NCBI GenBank assembly: GCA_951406725.2
Contig: OX597827.1
Location: 40,734,001 to 40,798,000, forward strand
From: Octopus vulgaris
Lineage: Eukaryota
Direction: 5' to 3'
Length of the DNA stretch: 64,000 bases
The notes under the pieces are model-generated. The model saw only the letters and a program-made list of their open reading frames with translations, had not been told where the DNA came from and searched no databases. Position numbers and translations under genes: made by a program. Of this stretch, positions 1 to 14,119 are shown in pieces; position 1 is the first letter of the stretch, and each line of letters begins with the position of its first letter.

Positions 1-493
1 GACGGCATTGGTGGGGGTTTTCGGTGCCGATGATAATAGTGGTTTTGGTGGTGGTTACAGTAGAATACAGCGTCGGTTACGGACGTAATTGAAACCTTGA
101 CTATGGGGAAAATAGTATGGCTGTTGGAGATGACTATCGTTACGGTGGAATTATTGGAGTTGTTTGTCTGCCGTTAATGGTATTGATGGTAGAGATGTGT
201 GATGGTAGAAATGATACTGACAGCTGTTTCTGAAGATGTTGTTAGCAGTAATAATTATGGTACAGGGCTACTTATAAAGTATTTAGTGTTCATTATGTAT
301 ATACATGTGTATATATGTTTGTGTGTACATGTGCGTACGTATTTAGTATCTGTACGTACGCTTGCTTCATTGTTTTCAAGAGGATGGAAACAGAGATCTT
401 TAATATGCCTTAGTCTTATGAGCTGAAGCAAAATTTAGATTTTGTTTCAAGATCAACGATTGCAAAAATGCATTGAGCACTTTGATGTTTTAT

Positions 494-529
494 TTGCATA
501 TCTTCCCCGAAGACGGGGAAGATATGCAA
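494..529. repeat. Perfect 16-bp hairpin (TTGCATATCTTCCCCG-AAGA-CGGGGAAGATATGCAA)
   Basis: Arms 494-509 and 514-529 are exact reverse complements with a 4-nt loop. Confidence 0.95.
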
Positions 530-1019
530 TGATATGCATCTAGAAAATTCTGGAAGGATTTGTACAAAACTTTGGCATTGAAAGTTACACAATCATCAGA
601 ATGGGGCAGCACTGCCTAGTGCCATAGATCCCAACGTCGCCATCAAAGATACAGGAACAGGTACTATAGCAGCTTCGATTTTAAGAACCCATGGCTCCTC
701 AATATCCTTCCAAAATGCTCGAGATACCCTTCCTTGTTCTAAAACAGTGAGTTGCCATTTTCAAGAATTTGGCTGCTGTTTTTTTTTTATTTTTTATTCT
801 TTCTTTTTGTTTTTTCTGTACCAGGTCAAACTATAACGTTTGAAGCTCCTCTGATTAGAAACCCCGCGGTTATCACTGTTTTGATGATAGCTGGACAAGC
901 ACAAATTTCACCTTGTTTCTGTATGCATGAACGCCCCCTATCTATCCGACTTGAAGACGTTATCCTATCCTATCCTTCCCCCATCGCCTCCACTAAGCAA
1001 TGTATTACTCTCCGTTGTG

Positions 1020-1429
1020 TTCGTGTGTGTATTTGCGTGCGGGTATGTATGCAAGTCCGTTTCACAAAGCATGCGTGGTGCGTGTGTGTGTGTGTGTGTG
1101 CGCGCGCGCGCTCACTCACGTTTGTTTGTGAATGCGTATGCATAAATATGCATACATGTGTTCGCGTGAGTATGGGCGCATACGTGTGATTACACATGTT
1201 TGAACATCAATGTGAATGCGTAATTGCATCTGTTTGCACATGTGGGTGTATATATGTATACGTTTGTGTGTGGTTGCGTGCGTTTAGGTACCTTAATATG
1301 TCTGATTTCATGGTGTGTATCCACATGTGTCACCATTTTCCATGTGTGTGTATACACGCGTACGTGAGTGTGAGTGTTTGTATGTCTGTGGTTGTGTGTG
1401 TGTGCGTGTGTGTTTGTGTGTGTGAGTGT

Positions 1430-1463
<34 letters not shown>

Positions 1464-1485
1464 GTGTGTGTGTGTGTGAGTGCGT

Positions 1486-1523
<38 letters not shown>

Positions 1524-1859
1524 TGGGGTAATTGCTGTCAGTGACGTGTTGCTTGCCTTATCGTCTAAATAACATCCGTAAACACCCACTTCTTATGAAA
1601 GGAAATGTCTGTCTCACACACCCAGCCTCACCACACCCACACACACACATGCACACACAAACAGTTCGTCACACACATATACCATACACACACCAGCCAT
1701 ACACCACGGCACATTACCATACCGCACTCACCATCAAGCCTCACCCTACCCACACCGTCCCTTCTTGCCCGCCAGTCTGGCTATCTGTCTATATGTCCGT
1801 ACGTACATTATATGCTTGTGTGTATGAATTTATGTATGTATGGGGGTGAATATATATAA

Positions 1860-1930
<71 letters not shown>

Positions 1931-2079
1931 TGGGTGGGGGTATGTGAATGTGGGTGGGGGGTATGTGTGTGTGCGCTCGCATGCTTGTATTTATGTAAAT
2001 TCAGCCGACCACATTTTGTATATGTGCTTATGTTTTTGATGATGATGACGATGATGATGACGATGACGATGACGATGAC

Positions 2080-2114
<35 letters not shown>

Positions 2115-2365
2115 CGGTGGTGGTGGTGGTGGCTGCAGAGAATGTGGTTGTGATGACGATGACAACAACGATGACGACCACCAGGACCACCACGACTACT
2201 ACGACAATGACGACAACGATGATGATGTTGATCAGGATCAGGATTCATCCGCTTCCACCTCATCATCATCATTATCATCATCATCAAGATTATCACCACA
2301 ATCGTCGTCGTTGTCGAAACCGTTATTATCACCACACCACCACCACCGCCACCACACACACACAC
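1020..2365. repeat. Compound microsatellite block (GT/CA, TA, GAT/GAC, CAT, CAC)
   Basis: Directly visible simple repeats; these explain the VCVC/HTHT/MMM ORFs. Confidence 0.95.
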
Positions 2366-3190
2366 ACGTTAGTGGCAACGAACTGAGCGAAGAATACTCA
2401 ATAGTGGTGTGTAGAGTAACTGTGTATTATAAAAATTGTAATGGTTTTGTGACCGGTACCCTAGGTTTCCTGTTAGTGGAGTTAAGTCTATCCATATTTT
2501 TCCGATGGTGAGAAGTTCTTACTCCAACGAGGATAATCAAAAAATAAGTATATGACTGATTATACCACGAATCTCCTGAGACAATAACAGTTTGATTTCG
2601 TTTAAAAACACAGTATTAACAGTGTTGAGAAGAAGCAACTCTCAATATGTGCCGTTTTCTTTCTTTTACGCTTGGCTGACTTAAAATAGACGGCAGTATA
2701 CTATTTAACGCACGGCCAACATTGAATTGATAATCTATCATTGATAACCGATAATTATCAGTTATCGACTAGAGACTTGTAGAATTATAGAATTATGATT
2801 CTACAAAACTATAATTGATAAAATTACGATTGATTGTTTTCATTTATTAATTACGAAATTGTTATGCGCGATATTTAACTCTTTCCATCAATACAACTTA
2901 GCCAAGAGTAAATAGGGAAAATACATTTACTGAGAATAACTTCCCCTGAAGTTCGTTAATACTTTTATTACTGCCTGGGTACGAAATCAAGGTTTTACAT
3001 TTCGTCTAACATGAGAATCGTGCTTCAGTCAGTCATATTTGTTTACTGTTGTTTATCTTGGATTACTGCCATACCTCAAATTGAAAAAGAAAAACGTATA
3101 GCAGACTAACTGTACTAACAGGAAACCTACGGTCTCGGCGATTAGATCTTGATTATAATTTACATGTTTTACATGTGTGTGCGTGTGTGC

Positions 3191-3270
<80 letters not shown>

Positions 3271-3689
3271 ACAAATATACATACATGCAACTTGCTTCTT
3301 GTTATCTGGCATCACAGTTCATCAATACATCTGACAGAAGCTCGACGCTGTCGCACAGCCTCCTTGAAATAACAGCCAAATGTTCTTCCCTAACGACTTT
3401 CAAAACGAATGCTTCTTTGAATAATTTAGAAGACTTAATTAAATAGGGTTTGGCTTGGAGAGAAAATGGGGTGAGACGAAAAGGTCTGCTGGATCAAGAC
3501 TGACTTGGACTATATAATAACAACAACAGCACTGAAATAACGTCGGAGTCTCTACGTGGTTACTCAAATTGTTAGAAATAGCAAGCAAATATCCATTAAA
3601 AAAATCATCTTTATTAAAAGGAGACTATTTTAAAGGTTGATTCAGCCTACCATTCTTAATGACCTTTTAGTCTACCCTACTACTTCTTT

Positions 3690-4090
3690 TTCAATTTAGT
3701 CAATCGTTCTACCATTTATTCTGCCATTCTACCACTTAGCCTATTGTTACCGAATTTCTTTCTCATTCTATTTTATTATTTACTTTATTATTTACTTTAT
3801 CATTTTCTCCATCATTTACTCTACAGTTCTACCGTTTAGTCTACCAGCTTACTATTTATATTATCGTTCTACTATTTAGTCTGCCATTGTACAATTTAGT
3901 TTACCGTTCTTCTAGACTGCACTACTATTCGCGGTTCAACCATTTAATCTATCGTTCTACCATTTGCTCTAGCGTTCTTACAGTCAGTTTACCGTTTTAC
4001 CATTTAATCTACCTATCTACCATTCAATATACCATTCTACCATCGAATCTCACGTTCTACCATTTGGTCTTCCGCTCTACCATTCTGCTA
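3690..4090 (+). repeat. Degenerate ~20-bp minisatellite (consensus ~TTCTACCATTTAGTCTACCG)
   Basis: Recurrent ctaccattta/gtctaccgtt variants at about 20-bp spacing. Confidence 0.7.
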
Positions 4091-4623
4091 CTTCTGCTAA
4101 TCGTACTCAATAATAGTTCCATTTAACATAACCCAACACTGCATGATTTTAAGAGAAATATTACTGGAATGCTGTAATATAGATGCGTATTACAAATAAC
4201 TACAACAGCAACGACATTAAGTTAAATCTTTATCATTTTATTTTATCATCTAATATTCTGGAGAAAGGAATGATCGTCACGCCGAGGATATACAGGGTTT
4301 TGTGCTTGTCTCTAGTTCCAGTGTTGATAAGCAGGTAAAAAAGGAATATCCTCTAGGATAGAAAGGAAGCTGCTCTACCTAAGCAAGTCTTTTTTTTTTT
4401 TGTGTGTGGCAGTTCGGTAAGCACTAAATTTAGCATTGCAAACCCAAAGAATCTAGCTTGCTCCGCTGTCTGCTGCTCCTATGGTATTGAATTGCATCGC
4501 CCTGTGGTCGATCAAATGAGGGAACTCTCATTTGAAGGAGTTGTCCGACCCGCTAGAATTAGCCAAATTTCCTTGGAATACAACTCAACGTCTTGAAAAA
4601 GAACATTGAATAATGTGGTTGTC

Positions 4624-4703
<80 letters not shown>

Positions 4704-5171
4704 TCAGAGGAAAAAAACGAATGGTTACGGCTGGAACACCTTTGATCATATATCTGCTTGACTAAGTTTGATCCAGAGCCAAAATAAGAAGGACAACAAA
4801 ATAAGAAGGACAACAATCCTGTGGCACCTGCCTACGGTTAGGTAGACTTTTCCCAGGCATAGCGAAGCCTGGACAACGCTCCCCAGAGTGATTTGAGGGA
4901 GCTTCAGCTGCTAATTTTAGCCGATTGAGTGACTACATAGATACTCCTTCGGTCGTGTAAGTTGGCATTAGAATATCAAAGTGAAGTTAATGTAGTAGTT
5001 TTGATAAGATGGATCGGATGAAACCCAATCCCCCGTTTCTTTACTTTGTCACTCATTCTTCTTTTCTCTTTTACATTTGTATAATTTCACTCCAAATGTA
5101 TGCTCGGTGCATCTTTTCCTATTGTTTGTTTGATGAAGCTGGAGGGCAGGAAGCAAGCAAGTAAAATCTTT

Positions 5172-5204
<33 letters not shown>

Positions 5205-5454
5205 TACCATATCATACGCGCGCGCCTCTCTTTATATATTTATATGTATATACCTATATATATATTATATATATATATATATATACACACACATACATAT
5301 ACATACACACACATGTATATGTATGCGTGTATGTATACGCACTAGCTTGATAAGGTATAATACTCCACATCGTACTTTATAATTAGCCTTAGCAAGATAT
5401 ATATCTCCTAAAATGTTCCCCAAAATACTTGTGGGTGTGTATATATATATATAT

Positions 5455-5666
5455 ACTTTTATTCTTTTACTTGTTTCAGTCATCTGATTGCAGCCATGCT
5501 GGGGCACTGCCTTTTAGTCGAACAGATCGACCCCAGGACTTATTCTTTGTAAGCCTTGTACTTATTCTGTCGGTCTCTTTTGCCGAACCGCTAAGTTACG
5601 GGAACATAAACACACAAACATTGGTTGTCAAGCGATGGAGGGGGAGAAAAACAGATATACACACAC

Positions 5667-5670
<4 letters not shown>
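5455..5670 (-). mobile_element. SINE family A, 3' half
   Basis: Matches the 3' half of full copies at 29724-30142 and 57288-57706 (ctggggtcgat...ccagcatggc...gactgaaacaag). Confidence 0.85.
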
Positions 5671-5733
<63 letters not shown>

Positions 5734-5792
5734 CATATATATATAGTGGGGAAGAATTTGCAACAAAAAAAGAAAAAAGGTGTAGACAATGT

Positions 5793-5828
5793 CTTTAACG
5801 TTTCGAGCCTACGCTCTTCCACAGAAAG
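5793..5828 (-). ncRNA. Minimal type I hammerhead-like motif, A6U core variant
   Basis: Minus strand: cttt CTGTGGA a gagc-gtag-gctc GAAAC GTT aaag; helix I cttt/aaag, helix II gagc/gctc; lies in an island between (TA)n tracts. Confidence 0.6.
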
Positions 5829-6424
5829 GAACACAGAAATATATATATATATACATAAATATTTACATGCAAATATACACGCATGAATGCAACCATCCAG
5901 CCAGCCAACCATCTCAACCATACATACATACATACATACATACATACATACATACATGTAGGTAAATTAGTGTATGCGTACGTATTCTGGTGTGATACCC
6001 ATTTGTCGCGCATGCGCCTCAGTCCAAACCACGTTTTCTGTCACATCCTTCATTTCTCGACTGAACTCTGCCATCTAACCAACGTCTTTTAATTCCCATT
6101 TCCTTGTACACACACACACATACAGTCATATACGTTGTGATATATAATAAGATGATAATTGTTTTATCTTGTCAGATGATGATTGTTGTCTCATGACGAG
6201 ACATCTCTACACTCTTGGGTTATAGTGACATACGCTCGCTCAACACTATTACCATTCACCACATACACAATACCCAGTGATACACATACCGATCGAGCAG
6301 TCCATACCGGAGTAATTTCAATCCAGAGACTATGGATAAACCCAAAAATAATATCCATACTTAAATATCCAGTGACAAACGGTAACTATTTGACTGATAA
6401 TTATTTTAAACTATAGTTTTAATA

Positions 6425-6620
6425 TCGATTTCATATTTTGGAACAAGGCCTGCAATTTTGGGGTTTGGGGTGGTATTAGATTACATCGACTCCAGTATTT
6501 AAGTGGTACTTATTTTATCGACCCCAGTATTCGACTCCGAGAGGATAAAGGGTAAAGTCGTCCACAACGGAATTTGAACTCAGAACGTAAGGATGAATGA
6601 AATGTCGCTAAGCATTTTTG
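6425..6620 (-). mobile_element. SINE family B, diverged copy
   Basis: ggtacttattttatcgacc...ggaatttgaactcagaacgta motifs shared with many copies. Confidence 0.75.
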
Positions 6621-6683
6621 CTTATATATATAACATCTATATATATATATATATATATATAAAACATCTATATATATATAACA

Positions 6684-6740
<57 letters not shown>

Positions 6741-6901
6741 CTGTGTGTGTGTGCTTATATATATATAGGATTAATTAGCCGAAATTTGCTAGGACGATCC
6801 GGTTCCCGACTGAAGATTAGAGGCTTCGAATGACCCGTCCGTTTTTGTGTCGTCTCTTTGTGATTTTTACGTTCTTGTCCCATTTTTATATATAATTTTT
6901 A

Positions 6902-6986
<85 letters not shown>

Positions 6987-7388
6987 TGTATATATATATA
7001 TATATATATATATTAGGTATGTATATATATACATATATATATAAACACGACAGGACATTGAACCTCAGTCTTCAGTCAAGAACCGGATCATCGTAGTAAT
7101 TTCGGCTGATATATATATACTGTGTGTGTGTGCTTATAAGACTTTTCCACTTCTTAGATAGCTTGCAATTCTCCATCCCGTACTCCAGACATCAGCCCCG
7201 TATTTAACTCTGTGTTAGACGTCAGGAGCCCCCAGGCTGGTAAGGACACTGTCTAGCTGTCATCACCATTGCCATTCTTTTGTGTGCTATTACTTGAAAG
7301 TCGTTGAACCTACATTTCAGTTCATCCGTTGTTTTAACAGGTCTTGTTTTTGGTCGGTTGGCTTCTGGGCACCTTTCCACCTCAAGCA

Positions 7389-7476
<88 letters not shown>

Positions 7477-7517
7477 CTTTGTTGCAATATACATACATAC
7501 ATACATACATACATACA

Positions 7518-7553
<36 letters not shown>

Positions 7554-8530
7554 TACATACATATATATATATATATATTACTTGCTTCAGTCATTTTAAT
7601 CTGCGGCCATACTGGAGCACCACCTTTAGTCGAACAAATCGACCGAGAACTTATTCTTTGTAAGCCTAGTACTTATTCTATCGGTCTCTTTTTTCCCGAA
7701 CCGCTAAGTGACGGGAACATATATATATATATATCATATTATATATATCATATTATATATGTCTATACATACATACATACATACATACATACATACATAC
7801 ATACATACATACATACATACCAGACATGCATATGCATGTGTGTGCATATGTACGTATGTATGCATAAATATAGATATATGAAGTTTGATAGAGGGGGAGA
7901 GAGAGAGAGAGAAACGTACGTGGATGAATGCGTATACATGCATACACACACAAAGAGCGCAGTCGCTTATACATTTACCTCTAAAGCTGTTCACAACGTC
8001 AAACTCTACGACCACCACAATAACAACAATCACAACCACGTGACAACAACCATCACAACAATATCAACCACCACCACAACCACAACAGCAACAACAGCAA
8101 CAGTATCAATGACACACAAGACATACAGTCAAGCTCATCGTTTCTAGCCTCATCGTCGTCCCTGCTCATCAGACAGAACGATGTAAGGACAGGTTAGGTA
8201 CAGCAAAAACAAGCCCAGTAGTAACACTTCTTTTGTCAAACCTTTTCGCCGCATTATCATAAGAAATAACGTCTGCCCCCTATTTTACCCATGGAGCCCT
8301 CCTCCCACTTTTTTTTTTCGCTCATCCTGTTTGTTATTTGTGTTACCCAAAACCTCTCACAAACTGCTAGATACTCACCCCTGAGGGGTAATATCACCGT
8401 TTCACAACCTCTCAATGTCTTGTACTTATTCTAACACCTTCATCCGAATATTCACTCACTTCCCCATCATTCTCTCTCTCTCTTTCCTTCTTTCTCTCTC
8501 CCCTTTTTTCTTCCCCCCTTTCTTTCCTTC

Positions 8531-8568
<38 letters not shown>

Positions 8569-9214
8569 CTATTTCTTTCTCTCTGTTTCCCTCTCGCTGT
8601 GACAATGTGTTTAAATTTCTTATGACTTCCCTCGTAAACCTTCGCCGACCAGCTGTATCTCTTTGACTACCTCAACATCTATGTGCGCATGCGTGCGTGC
8701 GTGTATGTGAGTGAGTGAATGTATTTATGCGTGTGTGTAAGTGTATGCGATGCACTGTGTGTGCATGTGTGTGTGCGAGTGAGTGAGTGTATTTGTATGC
8801 GTGTGCGCGTGTGGACTGCGAGTGTGTATATGTGTGTTCGTGTATGTGAGTGTATGTGTGCACGCATGTGTATGTGCATGTGTGTGTATGTGGGCGAGTG
8901 GGAGTCTGCGTGTATGTATGGATGTGTGTGTATATGTGTGCTTGATTCTGAGTGCGTGTGTGTATCTATTGAGTGTCACTGTTTCTGTGTTCCTATTTTT
9001 GTGTGCGATTTTATCCATCAGTCTGTCTATCTTTCTATCCTTGGGTTTCTGTTAGCTGACTTATGACCATTCCAGCGGGGTGGAATATCGAACCAAATAC
9101 CCCGGTAGCTATTTATATCGATCTTACAAGGCATAAAGGGTTTGTGTGTCTAATTGTGCGCATGTGCGCGCGCATGTGCGCGCGCACGTGTTTGTGTGTT
9201 TGTGTTTGAGTTTG

Positions 9215-9247
<33 letters not shown>

Positions 9248-9724
9248 TGTGTGTGTGTGTGTGTGTTTACACATGTGGCTGAGTACACGGAATATTCAAT
9301 TTGAATTCTTGCATTCATTCATGTTACAGAAAACCTGAGAGATTTAAAAAAAATTTGTATCAAGTTTCAGCTCACAAGCTGTGGCCATGCTGGGGTACCG
9401 CCATTTAAAATAAAAACTTCATAAATTCACATTGGTCGGCCCAGGTCTATAGTAGAAGATACCCTAGGTGCTGACACAGTGGGTTTGGGTTTGAACCCGC
9501 AGCCACGTGGTTGTAAAGCGAACTTCTTCACTCCACACTCATGCCTGCATATGGATACAGTTGATATATTTATAAACAGTCTTAGAAATTTATCTCAACT
9601 AAATAGACTTACATCTCCGAAATCGTTTATAAAAATTGTATTTAGGATTAACTCAAATAAATTAGCTATTAAATTTATAACATGCAGAAATATTTTGCAA
9701 TGATAACAAATATATATATATGTG

Positions 9725-9801
<77 letters not shown>

Positions 9802-10016
9802 GTATATGTATATATATATATATGAGGAGTAAATAGACACCCGACAACTGATGAAGGGTCGTTCTTTATGTTACTTGTCCTGTTTTCCATTGTTTCTCTC
9901 GTTGTTTGCGTATTGAACTCATTTGTTTTCATATTTCATGTTGTTTATTGTTGGTGACGTCCTGTACCCATTTACGCATATGTATGTGTATATATATACA
10001 CACACACATATATATG

Positions 10017-10142
<126 letters not shown>

Positions 10143-10183
10143 TACATATATATATTATTTGATTGAATGCCACGCATCCATTT

Positions 10184-10223
<40 letters not shown>

Positions 10224-10338
10224 TATACGTATATACATATGTGTGTGCATATATCAGTGTACACTTCCGTTAGGTTCAATAGGAAAGTGCTCTAACTAGT
10301 GAGAGATAAATATCTTTTAATATACACCATTTACAAAA

Positions 10339-10427
10339 GAGCTACTAATAGTTTCATGCCTTAGGGATACAATAAATTGGCAGATTTATATAACATACTA
10401 TGTATCTCCATGCAATCTTCCAGACTC
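10339..10427 (-). ncRNA. Type I hammerhead relic in inverted orientation to the adjacent PLE fragment
   Basis: Minus strand: gagt CTGGAAGA ttgc...gcat GAAA ctatta GTA gctc; one extra base in the CUGANGA box; long helix II (gatac/gtatc). Confidence 0.6.
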
Positions 10428-10469
10428 AGTGCATATCGTTTGATATATTTAAAAACCAGGACGCTGGTC

Positions 10470-10646
10470 TATGAGAGAACATGCGAAGGCGATTTTGAAA
10501 GCTATTGTGCAAACCAGCATTCTTCTTTCCGACACATTGATAAATATAAATCCATTAAGTTGGCTAGCGATGTATGGGATCTGAAAACCAACTACATAGC
10601 ATATACACTCAAGTGGAGAATTGTGGAGAAAGTACCAAACTTTAAA
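10470..10646 (+). pseudogene. Penelope-like element GIY-YIG endonuclease fragment
   Basis: TCEGDFESYCANQHSSFRHIDKYKSIKLASDVWDLKTNYIAYTLKWRIVEK resembles the PLE pattern EGxFKxRYxNHxxSFR...TxLSxYIWxLK...IxWxI; the GIY/YIG motifs themselves are lost. Confidence 0.75.
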
Positions 10647-11216
10647 TAAAAGTCCCAGGATCGCTTCATGCGACTAAGGTTTCTTTAAAGCGTTGCTCAC
10701 AGTACAGCTGCAGTCTAATGGCTGAACCAAAACAAGTAAAAGGTAATTTATAAAAGTTATTCATGAACAGTGGTTTTGCTGGAATCTGAGGTGGTAACTC
10801 CGTGGTAACTTATGATTATAATTTATTCGACTGTGTACTAACGATATGGATGTTGAATATATGCGTGAGTTTAGATAAATGTAGATAGCACTGAGGAAAT
10901 AAAAACACAAAAGAAATAATATAATGCAATAAAGGCTTTAGTTATTAGCTTCAGGCTTAAAGAGAAAGAAATGAAAATATCTTTACGTTTTGGACGTAAG
11001 TCTTTCATCAACAGAAAGAAAAGGAGAATATAGAGAAAAAAAATTGCAAAGAAGACAAGACAAATTTGCATACGAATCTTAAATAACACCCAGTATTTTG
11101 TCTCTCTAATACTTGCTCATAATACATCCATACATACATGCATACATACATACATACACATACATATATGCTCACAATGGCGTATATACATGTACGTACA
11201 TGTGTGCATAAATGTA

Positions 11217-11256
<40 letters not shown>

Positions 11257-11258
<2 letters not shown>

Positions 11259-11418
11259 CGCATGAGTGGTTGTGTGGTAAGTAGCTTGCTTACCAATCAT
11301 GATTCTGGGTTCAGTCCAAGTGGACAAGTGTCTTCTACTGTAGTCTCGGGCCGGCCAAAGCCTTGTGAGTGGATTTGGTTGACGGAGATGGAAGAAGCCC
11401 GTCGTATATATATATGTG

Positions 11419-11502
<84 letters not shown>

Positions 11503-11692
11503 TCTGTGTTTGTTTGACAACCGATAATGGTGTCTTTACGTCCCTGTAACTTAGCGGTTCGGCAAAAGAGACCGATAGAATAAGTACTAGGCTTACAAAG
11601 AATATGTCCTGGGGTCGATTTGCTCGACTAAAGGCGGTGCTCCAGCATGGCCACTGTCAAATGACTGAAACAAATAAAAAGAGTAAAAAAGA

Positions 11693-11695
<3 letters not shown>
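11257..11695 (+). mobile_element. SINE family A (tRNA-derived head, internal TA/TG microsatellite)
   Basis: A box TGGTTGTGTGG, B box GGTTCAGTCC, conserved body and tail; small deletion in the CORE-like segment. Confidence 0.85.
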
Positions 11696-11733
<38 letters not shown>

Positions 11734-12508
11734 GTGTGTGCGAGTGCATGTTTATGCATATATACATACGCATACATACAAATATGTATATATATATATG
11801 TGTGTGTGTGTGTAGACTTGCAAACGTACATGTTTGTACGCGCGTTCGTACATACACACATACATACATAAACAGATACACACATGTACACACACACACA
11901 CATACATACATGCATATATACATATACACACTTCATCACTCCAACGCAGCACAGGTGAACCCTGTCTTACAACGCCGACGCAATTAACCACGTGACCTTC
12001 TTCTGTTCAGTTTTGTAAATATGATGGCCGTATGCTTCTACTGAACAACACTTTCGTTACAGCCTGCATCTGTCGGCATTGACTTCGATGTTGTCTCAAC
12101 TCTTCTCAAAGCAACAGTCCAAACAGTTAATATCAGCTCTTACACGCTTCATTGTTTTGTTAGTCATCTCTTTGTTATTATTACAAAAAATTCGTTTGTG
12201 AATAATATTTGCAATTTCTACTCTGCGACAAATAGCTTCAAGATTGTTGCTATTTATTATTATTATTATTATTTTTGTTGTTGTTGTTGTTGTTGTTGTT
12301 GCTGCTGTTGCTGTTGTTGTTGTTTTTGTTGTTTTTGTTGTTGTTGTAGTAATAGTAGTAGTAATTGCTAGTGCTGTTTAGCGTTACGTAATCCTTGACC
12401 CTGTAGGCGTCTGGTCTTACTTTGGTACTCGGTCGAAAGTGTGGATGAGATCGACAGATCCATTGTTGTGTGTGTGTGCGTGTGCATGTATGCGAGTGTG
12501 TGTTTGCG

Positions 12509-12540
<32 letters not shown>

Positions 12541-12850
12541 CGTACGTGTATGTGCGTGTATGTGTGTTTGTGTGTGCACACGCGTGTGTATGTGTGCGTG
12601 TGTGCGTGCGTGCGTGCGTGTGTGTGTGTTTGCAGACAATAGGTGGAGCTAGATTTGTACAGTTTAGAAAAATGCGTGGAAGTGCTCAAATAAATTAAAC
12701 TCCGAATTCTTCATCTAGGCCTGGGTCCACAGTGCTACGAGTGGCTATAAGAGAAATCCAAAGGAAGCTGATATGGAGATAGTGATGCAGATGGGATATG
12801 CAAAATGTGTCTTGGGTATGTAACCAGTAAAGAGCCACACAAAGATGATA

Positions 12851-13248
12851 TTCTTTTCTACTCTAGGCACAAGGCCCGAAATTTTGAGGGACGGGGCCAA
12901 TCGATTAGATTGACGCCAGTACCGAACTGGTACTTAATTTTCGACCCGAAAGGATGAAAGGCAAAGAAGACCTCCGCAGAATTTGGAGTCAGAACGTAAA
13001 GACAGACAAAATACCTATTTCTTTACTACCCACAAGGGGCTAAACACAGAGGAGACAAACATGGACAGACAGACGGATTAAGTCGATTATATCGACACCA
13101 GTGCGTAACTGGTACTTAATTTATCGACCCCGAAAGGATGAAAGGCAAAGTCGACCTCGACGGAATTTGAACTCAGAACGTAACGGCAGACGAAATACGG
13201 CTACGCATTTCGCTCGGCGTGCTAACGTTTCTGCCAGCTTGCTGCCTT
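12851..13248 (-). mobile_element. SINE family B dimer (head-body-tail1-body-tail2)
   Basis: Two body copies about 177 bp apart; a single tRNA-like head at about 13150-13248. Confidence 0.85.
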
Positions 13249-13729
13249 AGCCACTCAAAGATATTACTATACTAAGACCGGCTTCCTTCATCAAGAGAAA
13301 AATTGACAAAAGTAGTTCATATAGTAGTCCGAGAGATTTAAAGGTGGAAGGGGGAGATGAGGAAGAAGAAAAACGGTATACGAAGTGGAAAAGAAAAATA
13401 AAGTAATTAGTCTTCTGTAATTGCATTCCCATGTAAAGATCCCTGGGTAGAAGTGAGATATTCTTAGTAAGGGGTGCCTAAAAACTGCTTATCCGTATTA
13501 AGTCTAATCTATATGTAGCGTCCAGCCGAACAGAGAGTATACAGACTATAGTTGAAAGCTAGCTATGCACAGTATAGAAAACACGAAATATTGTTCGGAT
13601 GAATTTAAACTTAAACTCCAAATTCTTCCTCCAGGACTAGGACTATAGCACCATGAGTAGCTCACATGAGGATCGTTGGCGATTTTTTTCCTCCGTCTTC
13701 CTTTTCTCTTGGACTTGCCTCCGTTTCCT

Positions 13730-13764
13730 GTTTCTGACGAAGAACTTTGCTCGAAACGTAAAAC
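13730..13764 (+). ncRNA. Minimal type I hammerhead ribozyme motif
   Basis: gttt CTGACGA a gaac-ttt-gctc GAAAC GTA aaac: intact core, helix I gttt/aaac, palindromic ACGT helix III, GUA triplet, one mismatch in helix II. Confidence 0.75.
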
Positions 13765-13861
13765 TACCTTTCTTTTCTTCCCTGAGCGTCTGCTAATACT
13801 TTGCATATGTACCACGTCCTCGCGTTGTTTTTCTTGTAGATTTTTTTCTGGGGGGAGGGGG

Positions 13862-13904
<43 letters not shown>

Positions 13905-14049
13905 GCGAGGGGCTTCTTTCAGTTTCCATATACAAAATCGGCCCGAGGATATAGTAGAAGACACTTGCCCAAGGTACCACACAGTGGGACCTGAACCCAG
14001 AACCATGTGGTTGGTAAGCAAGCCACTTACCACACAGTTATTCCTGCGC

Positions 14050-14052
<3 letters not shown>
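13905..14052 (-). mobile_element. SINE family A head
   Basis: Reverse complement of ggcgcagga...gtggtaag...ggttcaggtcccac...ccttgggcaagtg. Confidence 0.8.

Positions 14053-14119
<67 letters not shown>

Noticed and set aside
8370-8450. Minus-strand GTGAGTA splice donor hinting at an exon
   Set aside because: Single motif with no acceptor, coding signal or partner exons.
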